In this document: one piece after another, positions 1 through 9,939 of the stretch
Layout of the letters: every line of letters begins with the position of its first letter
Numbering within the stretch: position 1 is the first letter of the stretch
Origin: Candidatus Latescibacterota bacterium
GTDB lineage: Bacteria; Latescibacterota; UBA2968; GCA-2709665
Reading direction: 5' to 3'
Assembly: GCA_965237675.1 (NCBI GenBank)
Contig: OZ250150.1
Location: 2,656,001-2,720,000, forward strand
DNA: 64,000 nt
Position numbers and translations under genes: made by a program
The notes under the pieces: generated by a model
What the model was told of the DNA's origin: nothing
The model's database searches: none
Seen by the model: the letters and a program-made list of their open reading frames with translations, nothing else

Positions 1-1
1 G

Positions 2-355
2 CATCCCAGCCGCAAGCATCCTTACTACGCCTCAGCAGCGGTGACCGCCAAGCACGTTATCGTGGCCGGGCGGGACAAAATGGTGCGTGCACTGAATCCG
101 GACACGGGCGCGTTGCTGTGGATACGCTCGTTCCGTTCTCGCATCGATTCCTCCCCGGTGGTCGCGGGCAATCGTGTTTTTGTGGGGACAACAGGGGGAC
201 GGGTTCTGGCGTTGGATTTAAATACGGGCGAAAAGGAGTGGGAATTCGTAACCGGCTCGGAAATTCTGGCCTCGCCCAGCGTGGCCGGCGGCAGACTCGT
301 GATAGGTACGACCGACGGGACCCTTTATTGCTTTGGGAGTGAAACGAAAAAATGA
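2..355 (+). CDS. PQQ-binding-like (BamB-type) beta-propeller protein, 5'-partial
   Basis: Frame open from the window start; repeats SSPVVAGNRVFVG..G.V.ALD..TGE.EW.F and ASPSVAGGRLVIG; stop overlaps the next ATG (ATGA). Confidence 0.85.
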   Translation, partial: HPSRKHPYYASAAVTAKHVIVAGRDKMVRALNPDTGALLWIRSFRSRIDSSPVVAGNRVFVGTTGGRVLALDLNTGEKEWEFVTGSEILASPSVAGGRLVIGTTDGTLYCFGSETKK

Positions 356-1698
356 CCACACAAGTTCACGTTCCGGAACCTGCAACCTCCAGGAAAGACT
401 GGAAGGAAACACAGGTCGGCAGTGTGTTCGTTTCCAACTATCCGCCCTATTCATTCTGGCAGGATGAGCACAACTCAAAGGTTGTGGATATGTTGGACAC
501 GGCGGATCCGTCGGCAAGTCGGGTGCCGCTTGGTCTGTACCTGCATATCCCATTCTGCAGGAAGCGGTGCAAGTTCTGCTATTTCCGGGTGTACACGGAT
601 CGCAACAGTTCGGAGATCCAGGTCTATCTGGACGCGTTGGCCAGAGAGGTGGAATATTACGCCGGCCTGCCCAGAATTGCCGGACGCAGCCTGCAATTCG
701 TCTATTTTGGAGGAGGGACGCCGTCTTATATCAGTGTAAAACACCTGGTGGCGCTGGTGGATCGGTTGAAAGGTGTCATGACCTGGGACGGCGCCGAAGA
801 GGTGGCGTTCGAGTGCGAGCCGGGTACACTCTCCAGGCCCAAGGTGGAGGCCATTCGCGAGATCGGCGTGACGCGATTGAGCCTGGGATTGGAGAACTTG
901 AATGACGGGATTCTGAGAGAGAACGGCCGCGCGCACGTCGGCAAAGAGATTTACGAGGCCATGGGTTGGGTGAAGTCACAGGAATTCGCGCAGGTGAACG
1001 TGGACCTGATTTCGGGGATGGTGGGTGAGACGTGGAAGACATGGAAGGAGACGGTGCAGGGCACGATTGACCTGGACCCGGACAGCGTCACCATCTATCA
1101 GATGGAACTTCCGTTCAATACCACGTATTCCAGGTCGATCCTGGATGGGAGTAGACTGAGCGTGGCCGATTGGGAGACGAAGCGGGCGTGGCATGCCCAT
1201 GCGATTGACGCGTTCGAGGCCGCGGGCTATGAGATCTCAAGCGCGTATACGCTCGTAAAGAAGGGGCGATTGAAACGTTTCGTCTATCGAGACGCGCTCT
1301 GGCGCAGCGCGGACCTGATCGGCGCGGGAGTCGCGTCGTTTTCACACGTGGGCGGGATACACTTTCAGAATTACACGCAGTGGGACCCCTATGTCGAGGC
1401 CTGCCGGCAGGAGCGGTTGCCGCTGAACAGATCCTTTGTTCCGACCGACGAGGAGCGACTGGTTCGGGAGATGATCCTGCAACTCAAGCTCGGAAGGATT
1501 CAGACCGGCTATTTCAAGGATAAATTCGGCGTGAATATCCTGGAACGGTTCAGCGAGGCCTACCGGAGGCTGAAGGATTTCGGAATGTTGGATTTCGATG
1601 CGCGGGAGGTGAGGTTGAGTCCCGAAGGGTTGTTACGGGTCGACCAGTTGCTACCGGAGTTTTATCACGAGGTCTACAGGGATTCAAGGTACACCTGA
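352..1698 (+). CDS. HemN/HemW-like (class C) radical SAM protein
   Basis: LYLHIPFCRKRCKFC (CxxxCxxC), YFGGGTPS, RLSLG, NVDLI.G and HemN_C-like tail. Confidence 0.9.
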   Translation: MTTQVHVPEPATSRKDWKETQVGSVFVSNYPPYSFWQDEHNSKVVDMLDTADPSASRVPLGLYLHIPFCRKRCKFCYFRVYTDRNSSEIQVYLDALAREVEYYAGLPRIAGRSLQFVYFGGGTPSYISVKHLVALVDRLKGVMTWDGAEEVAFECEPGTLSRPKVEAIREIGVTRLSLGLENLNDGILRENGRAHVGKEIYEAMGWVKSQEFAQVNVDLISGMVGETWKTWKETVQGTIDLDPDSVTIYQMELPFNTTYSRSILDGSRLSVADWETKRAWHAHAIDAFEAAGYEISSAYTLVKKGRLKRFVYRDALWRSADLIGAGVASFSHVGGIHFQNYTQWDPYVEACRQERLPLNRSFVPTDEERLVREMILQLKLGRIQTGYFKDKFGVNILERFSEAYRRLKDFGMLDFDAREVRLSPEGLLRVDQLLPEFYHEVYRDSRYT

Positions 1699-1768
1699 AC
1701 CCGGCCTATGTGATCCGTAGCGTGCCTGGGCACTGAACCCGGACCCTGAGCCGGTCCCCGAGCCGGCG

Positions 1769-1820
1769 CCCTGAGCCTGTCGAAGGGTAGCGAAACGCGG
1801 GCGTTTCGACAAGCTCAACC
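1769..1820. repeat. REP-like inverted pair CCCTGAGCCTGTCGAAGGG ... TTCGACAAGCTCAA
   Basis: Intergenic inverted pair; same family recurs at 25998-26012 and 26931-27102; preceded by ~12-bp degenerate tandem CCCTGAGCCGGT units. Confidence 0.75.
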
Positions 1821-1892
1821 CGGGCAACGCACGCAACGAACGCCAATCGCGTCGCTGGTGGGTCCATTCAGGTCCGAAAGGGCGAACGCAAG

Positions 1893-3110
1893 ATGCATGT
1901 AATGTCGGCATTACTTACCGCCTTATTGTTACTTGACGTACAATCCGTTCGTGCGGATTGGCCGCAGTGGTTGGGGCCGGATCGGACCGGCGTTTCTCAG
2001 GAAACCGGATTTCTGAAGATCTGGCCGAAGGGCGGTCCGGGCGTTGTATGGAAGAAGAACCTTGGCGAGGGGTTTTCGGGGATTTCGGTGGCGAATGGCC
2101 GGGTGTTCACCATGTTTGCCGCGGGGGACGATGAGTATGTCGTCTGTCTGGACGAGGAATCGGGCGCTGAAATATGGCGGGTCAGGACCGGGGGGAACTT
2201 CAAGGAGTGGCAGGGGGGCAACGGACCGCGTTCACAGCCGACGGTAGATGGAGAACGGGTCTATGTCCTTGGCGCGGAGGGCTGGTTGTACGCGTTGAAC
2301 GTTGAAAACGGCAAAAGGATCTGGGCGCTGGATCTGGTCGACGGCCTGGGCGGCAAGTTCCCACGGTTCGGATTTTCAACGTCGCCGCTGGTGGAAGGCG
2401 ACCTGTTGTTCCTGGAGGCGAGCACATCGCCGGGCACATTTCTGGCGTTGTACAAAGACAGCGGTAAACTCAAATGGGCGTCTCAAAGCGACGTGGCGTC
2501 TTATTCGTCGCCCGTTACGCTGGATCTTGCGGGCGTGCGTCAGGTGGTCTATTTTTCGGGTGAAGCCGTGGTCGGGCTTTCACCCGCGGACGGCACCCTC
2601 TATTGGCGGTTCCCCTGGAGAACCTCGTACGACCTGAATATCGCCACACCCATTCTTGTGCCTCCGGATCAGATCTTTATCTCGTCGGGCTATGATCATG
2701 GCGCAGCTTTACTTCGGGTTGAGGCAGGGAGCGACGGGATAGCGGCCACCAGAGTCTGGGAGAACCGGCGGATGAAGAATCATTTCGGCACGTCCGTGTT
2801 GATCGGGGACTATATATATGGATTCGACAATGCCATCCTGAAATGTATCGAAGCCCGGACCGGAAAAGAGCAATGGAAGCATCGTGGGTACGGCAAGGGG
2901 TCGTTAATCTCTGCGGACGGGCATCTCATCATTTTGAGCGACAACGGCAGGCTTGCCCTGGCGTTGGGTTCTCCTGAAGGATTTCAGGAGAAGGCCGGCG
3001 TGCAGGTGCTTACCGGCCGAAGCTGGACGGGGCCAACCCTGGCCAATGGCCGTGTGTTCGTGCGGGATATGCGAAAAATCGTCTGCCTGGATCTCAGGTC
3101 GGGCGAATAG
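1893..3110 (+). CDS. Secreted PQQ-binding-like beta-propeller protein
   Basis: Signal peptide ending VRA-DWPQWLGPDR; repeated W-docking blades; YSSP, GPTLANG. Confidence 0.88.
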   Translation: MHVMSALLTALLLLDVQSVRADWPQWLGPDRTGVSQETGFLKIWPKGGPGVVWKKNLGEGFSGISVANGRVFTMFAAGDDEYVVCLDEESGAEIWRVRTGGNFKEWQGGNGPRSQPTVDGERVYVLGAEGWLYALNVENGKRIWALDLVDGLGGKFPRFGFSTSPLVEGDLLFLEASTSPGTFLALYKDSGKLKWASQSDVASYSSPVTLDLAGVRQVVYFSGEAVVGLSPADGTLYWRFPWRTSYDLNIATPILVPPDQIFISSGYDHGAALLRVEAGSDGIAATRVWENRRMKNHFGTSVLIGDYIYGFDNAILKCIEARTGKEQWKHRGYGKGSLISADGHLIILSDNGRLALALGSPEGFQEKAGVQVLTGRSWTGPTLANGRVFVRDMRKIVCLDLRSGE

Positions 3111-3118
3111 ATCGTGCT

Positions 3119-5251
3119 ATGGAGAATAAATACATGGTGTATTTACGCCGGATAGGTTTGATTTCTGCGATAACTCTGGGTATCCTTGGAGGCAGCGCAT
3201 ATTCCGCGGACCAGGAGCACGAAACGGATCCCGGCGAGGAACTGCCGGTGTACGCCGGTGAAGACATCGTGGTCACCGAGAGTAAGGAAAAGGTTGCCAC
3301 GATCAGTTCCGTAGCAAGCAAGGTACCGGTCCCTCTGAGCGAGACACCCGCCAGCGTCAGCGTGGTCAATCGCGGATTGTTCGATCATCAGAGCGGCGTT
3401 GTTCTCGGCGACGCGCTTCGAAACGTGAGCGGTGTAAACGTCCAGACCGTCTTCGGCGTGACAGATTTTTTCGTCATTCGCGGATTCGATTCGTTGTCCA
3501 GCGGGCTCGTGTTGACGGACGGGGCTTCCGAGCCGGAGGCTTCATTCTACAATCTCTACAATCTGGAGAGGGTGGAAGTGCTGAAAGGACCCGGAGCGTT
3601 TCTCTACGGCGGCAATCCACTCTCCGGATCGGTCAATCTGAGCCGCAAGCAGCCCATCTTCAAGAGCATGCTCGGGGTGACGGGCGCTTTTGGGCCGTTT
3701 CGGGATTTCCGAGGTAGCGTAGACGCGGGTTGGGCGGATGCCGCTCGGGGCGTGGCCCTGCGCTTCAACGGGCTCAGGCAGGTTTCGGACAACTACCGGG
3801 ATGACAAGAACAGCGGCATCTGGGCAATGAATCCGGCGGTAACCTGGCGAAACGAGAGGACAACGGCAACGGCGAATTTGGAATACGTGACCAGCGAATA
3901 CAAATCGGATTCGGGGTTGCCGGTGGTGGGAGATCAATTGGCAGGCGTGCCCCGCACGCGTTCCTACCAGTCTCCATTCGACGTATCCGATCAGGAGATT
4001 GTCCGTGTGAGGGTGGACTTGCGGTCCCGGTTGTCGCCGCGTGTGACGCTGCGGAACAAACTGTATTACACGGATTTTTCCTGGGTCTCCAACGGCACGC
4101 TGTTTAACGGTGCATATCCGAACGCGGGCGGGGGTCTTGACCTGATCCGGACACTCCTGCTGCTCGACGACCGGCAGAAGGTGCTGGGCAATCAGCTGGA
4201 GTTCGTGTTTTCCTTTTCCGCGGGACGGACGAGGCATACGCTGCTGGCGGGTCTGGAACTGATGCAATGGAAGGACAGGTTTACGCTCGACGTGGCGGTC
4301 CTGCCGAATATAGACCTGTATGAACCGGTTGAAACGGCGACGCTGCCATTTTTTGTCGTGCCGGGCCAGTCACGCGGGGCGGACGCCACAAGCGGCGTCG
4401 TTGCGCCCTATGTGGTTGATCGGATCGTGTTTTCGGATTTCTTCCAGGCATTCTTGGGCGGTCGCTTCGATCGGATCACGTACGAAGATCCTGTAACCGC
4501 GACGGCCAGAGAATATCACGAGTGGAGTCCGATGGCGGGCGTCGTATTGTCGCCCGAGGACGACCTGTCCTTCTATGCCAGCGCGGGCCGGGCTTTCGCG
4601 CCGCCGTCCAGCCTGGTGGCGGGTCCGAGGGACGTCGAAGCCAGCACGCAATTCGAGTTGGGCGCCAAACGATATCTTGTCGACAAAACGTTTCATGCGA
4701 CTGTTGCGTTCTTCGATCTTCGGAAGTACGGTATCGGAATACCCGATGCGACAGGCGTGACAAAACAGGACGGCGACCAGCGGTCCCGGGGGATGGAACT
4801 GGAACTGATGGCCCGTCCCGTGGGGTCATGCCACGTGTTCCTGTCATACGCGTTTTCAGAAGCCGAACTGACGCGGTTCACGGAGATGGTACCGGTGCCC
4901 ACGGCCACCGGAGTGACGTTCCGGCACGTGGACCGATCCGGCAACAGGCCGGCCTTCTCGCCGCGTCATATCCTGAATCTTTGGACCGCATTGTCATCCG
5001 CCAATGGGCTCGAGCTCGGGATGGGCGCCCGGTACGTGGCAAGCCAGTTCATCGCCGAGGACAACCAGTACGAAATTCGCGGAGTAATGACCCTTGACGC
5101 CTCGATATCGTACACGTACAAGCAGGCGACCATCCGGCTCAATGCCAGGAACCTGACCGGTCGCAAATATGAAACACGCGGTTTTGGCGCCATGTCGGTG
5201 ATTCCGGCGCAGCCTTTCGGGTTACACAGCGCCTTCCGGGTCGAGCTATGA
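3119..5251 (+). CDS. TonB-dependent outer-membrane receptor
   Basis: Signal peptide, IVVT TonB-box-like segment, plug motifs ETPASVSVV, IRGF and LERVEVLKGPGAFLYG, beta-barrel C-terminus (LNARNL..RKY). Confidence 0.92.
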   Translation: MENKYMVYLRRIGLISAITLGILGGSAYSADQEHETDPGEELPVYAGEDIVVTESKEKVATISSVASKVPVPLSETPASVSVVNRGLFDHQSGVVLGDALRNVSGVNVQTVFGVTDFFVIRGFDSLSSGLVLTDGASEPEASFYNLYNLERVEVLKGPGAFLYGGNPLSGSVNLSRKQPIFKSMLGVTGAFGPFRDFRGSVDAGWADAARGVALRFNGLRQVSDNYRDDKNSGIWAMNPAVTWRNERTTATANLEYVTSEYKSDSGLPVVGDQLAGVPRTRSYQSPFDVSDQEIVRVRVDLRSRLSPRVTLRNKLYYTDFSWVSNGTLFNGAYPNAGGGLDLIRTLLLLDDRQKVLGNQLEFVFSFSAGRTRHTLLAGLELMQWKDRFTLDVAVLPNIDLYEPVETATLPFFVVPGQSRGADATSGVVAPYVVDRIVFSDFFQAFLGGRFDRITYEDPVTATAREYHEWSPMAGVVLSPEDDLSFYASAGRAFAPPSSLVAGPRDVEASTQFELGAKRYLVDKTFHATVAFFDLRKYGIGIPDATGVTKQDGDQRSRGMELELMARPVGSCHVFLSYAFSEAELTRFTEMVPVPTATGVTFRHVDRSGNRPAFSPRHILNLWTALSSANGLELGMGARYVASQFIAEDNQYEIRGVMTLDASISYTYKQATIRLNARNLTGRKYETRGFGAMSVIPAQPFGLHSAFRVEL

Positions 5252-6525
5252 GTTCGGTTAACCCGGAGCCGGACCGGTGCGGACTGGTTGCGTCTCAGTT
5301 GGGTCGCCTGCGCGAAGTGCTTGTCCCTGTCATAACGGACAACGCCTTTTATAGAGAAAAGCTGGCCGGCGCCGGACTTTCGGGGCCGGGGGATGTTCAG
5401 TCGCTTGAGGATTATCGCCGTCTGCCCTTTACGACCAAGGAGGAACTGTCGGCCGACCAGGACGCAACGCCTCCGTACGGGACAAATCTGACGTTTCCCC
5501 TGGCGAATTACATCCGTGTACATCAAACGTCGGGCACCACGGGCAACCCCCTGCGCTGGCTGGACACCGCGGAAAGCTGGGAATGGTTTTCCGGCTGCTG
5601 GCGGCAGGTGTATCGCGGGGCCGCGGTGACGCCCGCCGATCGCCTGTTCTTCGCATTTTCCTTCGGGCCGTTTATCGGGTTCTGGACGGCCCATGAGGGC
5701 GCGCGGCAGATCGGCGCGATGGCCATTACGGGCGGTTCGATGTCCTCCATCCAACGGCTTCAGGCCATCAACGAACACCGGGCGACGGTTCTGATCTGTA
5801 CGCCGACGTACGCGCTGCATCTGGCTGAGGTGGCGGAGGCCGAGGGGATCGATATAGCCAAATCAAGCATTCGGACCACGATTCATGCGGGTGAACCGGG
5901 CGCCGGTTTGCCGTCCACGAGATGGCGTATCGAGGAAGCATGGGGGGCCAGGTGCTACGACCACGCCGGCGCGACCGAGGTCGGGGCATGGGGGTTCGAA
6001 TGCCGTGCGCGAAACGGCATGCATGTAAACGAAACGGAGTTTATCTGCGAAATCATTGATCCAGATACGGGCGGGCACGCTGAAGAGGGAGAACTGGTCC
6101 TGACGAACCTGGGGCGGCTGGGAATGCCGGTGATCCGTTATCGCACGGGCGACCGGGTGAAGCGGTCCCAGGGGGCATGCCCGTGTGAGTCCGCGTTTCT
6201 CCGCCTGGAGGGCGGTGTGATCGGGCGCATCGACGGCGCCATGATCATTCGCGGCGTCATTGTATATCCCAGTTCTATCGAGAACGTGGTTCGTGCTTTC
6301 CCGGAAGTGACCGAGTTCGCCGTCGACGTTCATCGGCGCCGTTCGCTGGACGAAATGGAAATTCGGTTGGAGATACGAGAAGAAACGCCGCATTCCATTG
6401 TCGATGAGGTGGCGAAGGAACTGAGGAGGGCTCTGGGAATTCGCGCCCGGGTCCGGTCCGTGAACAGGAACGCATTGCCCCGGTTCGAATTGAAAGCGAA
6501 CCGGTTCACGGACCATCGAGATTGA
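5248..6525 (+). CDS. Phenylacetate-CoA ligase (PaaK) family acyl/aryl-CoA ligase
   Basis: LPFTTKEEL, HQTSGTTGNP P-loop, GEPG, GATE, IRYRTGD, GRID, YPSSIE. Confidence 0.9.
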   Translation: MSSVNPEPDRCGLVASQLGRLREVLVPVITDNAFYREKLAGAGLSGPGDVQSLEDYRRLPFTTKEELSADQDATPPYGTNLTFPLANYIRVHQTSGTTGNPLRWLDTAESWEWFSGCWRQVYRGAAVTPADRLFFAFSFGPFIGFWTAHEGARQIGAMAITGGSMSSIQRLQAINEHRATVLICTPTYALHLAEVAEAEGIDIAKSSIRTTIHAGEPGAGLPSTRWRIEEAWGARCYDHAGATEVGAWGFECRARNGMHVNETEFICEIIDPDTGGHAEEGELVLTNLGRLGMPVIRYRTGDRVKRSQGACPCESAFLRLEGGVIGRIDGAMIIRGVIVYPSSIENVVRAFPEVTEFAVDVHRRRSLDEMEIRLEIREETPHSIVDEVAKELRRALGIRARVRSVNRNALPRFELKANRFTDHRD

Positions 6526-6544
6526 GTTCACGCGGGAAGCGGAA

Positions 6545-7804
6545 ATGTCTTCGGATCATTACGATGTTGTTGTGATCGGCGGCGGGCCGGCGGGAAGCAC
6601 GACCGCGGCTCTGGTGGCGGAGTACGGCCATCGTGTGCTGTTGCTCGAGAGGGCGCAATTTCCCCGGTTTCAGATCGGCGAATCGTTGATGCCCGGAACC
6701 TATTGGTCGTTCAAACGCCTGGGTGTTCTGGACAAGCTGAAGAAGAGTCCGTTTGTGAGGAAATACAGCGTGCAGTTTTTCGGCGGTTCGGGCCGGGGAT
6801 CGGCGCCGTTCTATTTCCATAAACACGATCCCCATGAGAGTTCGATCACGTGGCAGGTGCTGCGAAGCGAGTTCGACCAGATGATGCTGGACAATGCCCG
6901 GGAAAAAGGGGCGCATGTGAAACTTGGCGCCGCCGTGCTCCAGGTGCATTTCTCGGGCGACCGCGCCACGGGGGTTCGGGCCAGAACCCTCGACGGCAGC
7001 GTGAGAGATGTGTCCGCCCGCGTGGTCGTGGATGCCACGGGGCGCAGCGCGTTGATTTCCCGCAAATTGAGGATCAAGACGGAAGAGCCCAGATTGAGGA
7101 AGGCATCTCTGTTTACACACTATCGAGGCGGATTTCGAGACCGGGGGATCGACGAGGGGGCAACGCTGATCCTGCACACCCGTACGAAGGACGCCTGGTT
7201 CTGGTATATTCCGTTGGCCAACGACGTCGTGAGCGTCGGCCTGGTTGGAGATGTCGACTATTTGCTTCAGAATCGCGCGGGAACCCCGCAGGTGATATTC
7301 GAGGACGAATTGCAGGGGTGCCTGCCAATGAAAAGACGGCTGGAGCGGGCCGACCAGATGTTCCCCATGAAGGTAACGCGGGATTTCTCATATCGAGCCC
7401 GTTCGGTTTCGGGCGAGGGCTGGGTGCTGGTGGGCGATGCTTACGGTTTTCTGGATCCCGTGTATTCCTCCGGTGTGTTCCTGGCGCTCAAATCGGGAGA
7501 GATGGCCGCTGATGCGATTCATGAAGCGATCGAAAGAGGCGATTTCTCGGCAGAACAACTCGGCGGATGGGGAGCCGAATTTATCCCGGGCATGGAGGCC
7601 ATTCGGAAACTTGTATACGCGTTCTATACCAGGGAATTCAGTTTCAGCCGGTTCCTGGAAGCGCATCCGGAGTGTCTGAACGGGATTGTGGATATTCTGA
7701 GCGGCAGGATCTACATCAACGATGTCACGCAGATTTTCGGGCCGATGGGGCAGATGTGCAATCTGCCCGAGGACGTTTCCCACTATGCCGGGACCGCTGT
7801 CTGA
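6545..7804 (+). CDS. Flavin-dependent halogenase-family oxidoreductase
   Basis: GGGPAG FAD motif, FPRFQIGESL, Lys in FVRKYS, WFWYIP (WxWxIP), GDAYGFLDPVYSSG. Confidence 0.8.
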   Translation: MSSDHYDVVVIGGGPAGSTTAALVAEYGHRVLLLERAQFPRFQIGESLMPGTYWSFKRLGVLDKLKKSPFVRKYSVQFFGGSGRGSAPFYFHKHDPHESSITWQVLRSEFDQMMLDNAREKGAHVKLGAAVLQVHFSGDRATGVRARTLDGSVRDVSARVVVDATGRSALISRKLRIKTEEPRLRKASLFTHYRGGFRDRGIDEGATLILHTRTKDAWFWYIPLANDVVSVGLVGDVDYLLQNRAGTPQVIFEDELQGCLPMKRRLERADQMFPMKVTRDFSYRARSVSGEGWVLVGDAYGFLDPVYSSGVFLALKSGEMAADAIHEAIERGDFSAEQLGGWGAEFIPGMEAIRKLVYAFYTREFSFSRFLEAHPECLNGIVDILSGRIYINDVTQIFGPMGQMCNLPEDVSHYAGTAV

Positions 7805-8031
7805 GCCGCCCCCTTCGCAAGAACAACGAGGGTTATGGTTGGACAGTACCGAGCTTCAAGAATCCAACGGGGCTTCGGAACCGTCGAGCCTTCCACTGTG
7901 TGAAGATTCAGCAGGCGATTGACCATCCTTGCGTCGTTCCGGCGCTCAAATGGCAGGCATGCCGCCCCGCGCCGTTGGCCGCGGGCGACGGGATTACGGT
8001 TCTGGCGAAACATTTGAAGGCGGATCGTCCG

Positions 8032-9324
8032 ATGCGGGTTGCGCATATCGCCGCTGGCGCGGCCGGAATGTACTGCGGGAGTTGCATTCACGACAATTCG
8101 CTGGCCGCCGCCCTGAAGCGCATGGGCGTGAATATTGCGTTGATTCCAACCTATACGCCCTTGCGGACCGACGAGCCCGATTCGAGTATCGACCGGGTAT
8201 TTTACGGCGGAATCAACGTCTATTTGCAGCAGAAGTCGAAATTGTTTCGGCGCGCGCCGGAATTTGTCGACCGCCTCATGAACGGGCGTGTACTGTTGAA
8301 GTCGCTATCGTGGTTCAGTGGTTCGACACGCGCGGAAGGCTTGGGGGCGCTCACCGTTTCGATCCTGAAGGGGGAACAGGGGGCTCAGAAGAAAGAACTC
8401 AGGAAGCTGGTTCGGTGGTTGAGAGAAGAACTGCGGCCGGACCTGGTTCATCTGTCCAATTCCATGTTTCTGGGGATGGTGCGCGAGATGAAACGGGAAC
8501 TGGGCGTTCCCGTGTTGTGTTCCGTTCAGGGGGAGGATATCTTTCTGGATGGGTTGACCGAACCGTATCGAAACGAGGCGGTGGGATTGCTGCGGGCTCG
8601 GGCGCGTGACGTCGACGCGTTCGTGGCGACGTGCGATTGGTACGCGGATTATATGGCGGCGTACCTGGACGCGCCGAGGGACCGGATCCACGTTGTTCGC
8701 CTGGGCATCAGGCTGGATGGCCACGGCTCGGTCGAAGGGGTGTTGCCGGAAACCCCGTTCACAATCGGGTATATGGCGCGCATTGCGCCGGAAAAAGGGT
8801 TGCATCTTCTGGCGGATGCTTTCCGGCGGTTGGCCGGAGAGGTCGGCAAAGAGAATGTGAGGCTCCTGGCGGCCGGATATCTCGGCGCTCGGGACAGGAG
8901 TTATTTTCGCGACGTCGTGTCGCGGCTGGACGTCCACGGGCTCTCCGACGTGTTCGAGTACCGCGGCGAGGTGAACCGGAAACAGAAGATTGAGTTCTTG
9001 AACAGCATCCACGTACTGTCGGTGCCGACGCCGTATCGTGAGCCGAAGGGGCTGTTCGTGCTGGAGGCTCTGGCCAACGGCACGCCGGTGGTTCAGCCGC
9101 GGCACGGTGCATTTCCTGAGCTGATTGAACGTACGGGAGGAGGGATCCTGGTGGATCCGGATTCTCCCGCGGCGCTCGCAGAGGGTTTGTCTCATATGAT
9201 GAGGGATAGGGAGACTCGGGAGGCGATGGGAAGAGTAGGTCGGGCGGCGGTACACCGGAGGTTCAGCGACGCGTGCACGGCCGGCGCCATGCTTGAAGTT
9301 TATCGACAATTCGTTGCAGATTGA
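8032..9324 (+). CDS. Glycosyltransferase family 4 (GT-B)
   Basis: Start re-assigned to ATG 8032 (MRVAHIAAG); ARIAPEKG and EPKGLFVLEALANGTPVV signature; N-terminal CGSC. Confidence 0.88.
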   Translation: MRVAHIAAGAAGMYCGSCIHDNSLAAALKRMGVNIALIPTYTPLRTDEPDSSIDRVFYGGINVYLQQKSKLFRRAPEFVDRLMNGRVLLKSLSWFSGSTRAEGLGALTVSILKGEQGAQKKELRKLVRWLREELRPDLVHLSNSMFLGMVREMKRELGVPVLCSVQGEDIFLDGLTEPYRNEAVGLLRARARDVDAFVATCDWYADYMAAYLDAPRDRIHVVRLGIRLDGHGSVEGVLPETPFTIGYMARIAPEKGLHLLADAFRRLAGEVGKENVRLLAAGYLGARDRSYFRDVVSRLDVHGLSDVFEYRGEVNRKQKIEFLNSIHVLSVPTPYREPKGLFVLEALANGTPVVQPRHGAFPELIERTGGGILVDPDSPAALAEGLSHMMRDRETREAMGRVGRAAVHRRFSDACTAGAMLEVYRQFVAD

Positions 9325-9385
9325 TCCGTTTGTTCCCGATGGGTGTCAGGACGATCCTCAATCGGGATAAGAAAGGAAGGATTCA

Positions 9386-9886
9386 ATGCCAGCCGAACAA
9401 GCGTCGTCATCGGGGCTGACCTGGTTGATCTTTGCCGCGATGACGGTGGGGTCTTGGGGATTGTACGGAATACTTCTGCACACCGGACAGATCGCAATGG
9501 CCGATCCCGTGAACGGGCGGTACAAGGCGTTCCTTCTGGTGGGTGTCGCCTATCTGTTGACCGCCGTGATCGGATCAATGGTTGTTCTTTGGGTGAACGG
9601 AGCGGACTGGTCGTTTCCCGCGCGCGGGTTGACATGGTCTCTGCTCGCCGGCACCGCGGGCGCAATCGGCGCATTCGGCGTGCTTCTCGCCTTCGGCGCC
9701 AGGGGTACCCCTGCCGTGGTGATGTCGATCGTCTTTGCAGGCGCTCCTATCGTAAACGCTGTGGTGTCGCTGGCCATGCACCCGCCCTCAGGTGGATTTG
9801 GCGGTCTGAACTGGCAGTTCGTGTTGGGTATCGTGCTGGCGGCGCTGGGCGGGTGTCTGGTGACACTTTTCAAGCCAGCGTCCTGA
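9386..9886 (+). CDS. Small multi-pass membrane protein (EamA/DMT-like half transporter)
   Basis: Five hydrophobic segments, WGLYG near the N-terminus, RBS GGAAGG. Confidence 0.7.
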   Translation: MPAEQASSSGLTWLIFAAMTVGSWGLYGILLHTGQIAMADPVNGRYKAFLLVGVAYLLTAVIGSMVVLWVNGADWSFPARGLTWSLLAGTAGAIGAFGVLLAFGARGTPAVVMSIVFAGAPIVNAVVSLAMHPPSGGFGGLNWQFVLGIVLAALGGCLVTLFKPAS

Positions 9887-9939
9887 GGACGCCCGGGCGG
9901 GTGATAGCGGAGGTTGGAGAATTCATTCGAGGGATCGTT

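Noticed and set aside
352-1698. Calling the radical SAM gene hemN/hemW in heme synthesis
   Set aside because: Family membership is clear, but there are no hem genes nearby and the context suggests another role
7567-8031. N-terminal extensions of ORF-track calls (GT4 585 aa; likewise thioesterase 345 aa and carboxyltransferase 562 aa)
   Set aside because: They overlap upstream genes and lack family-like sequence; internal starts fit better
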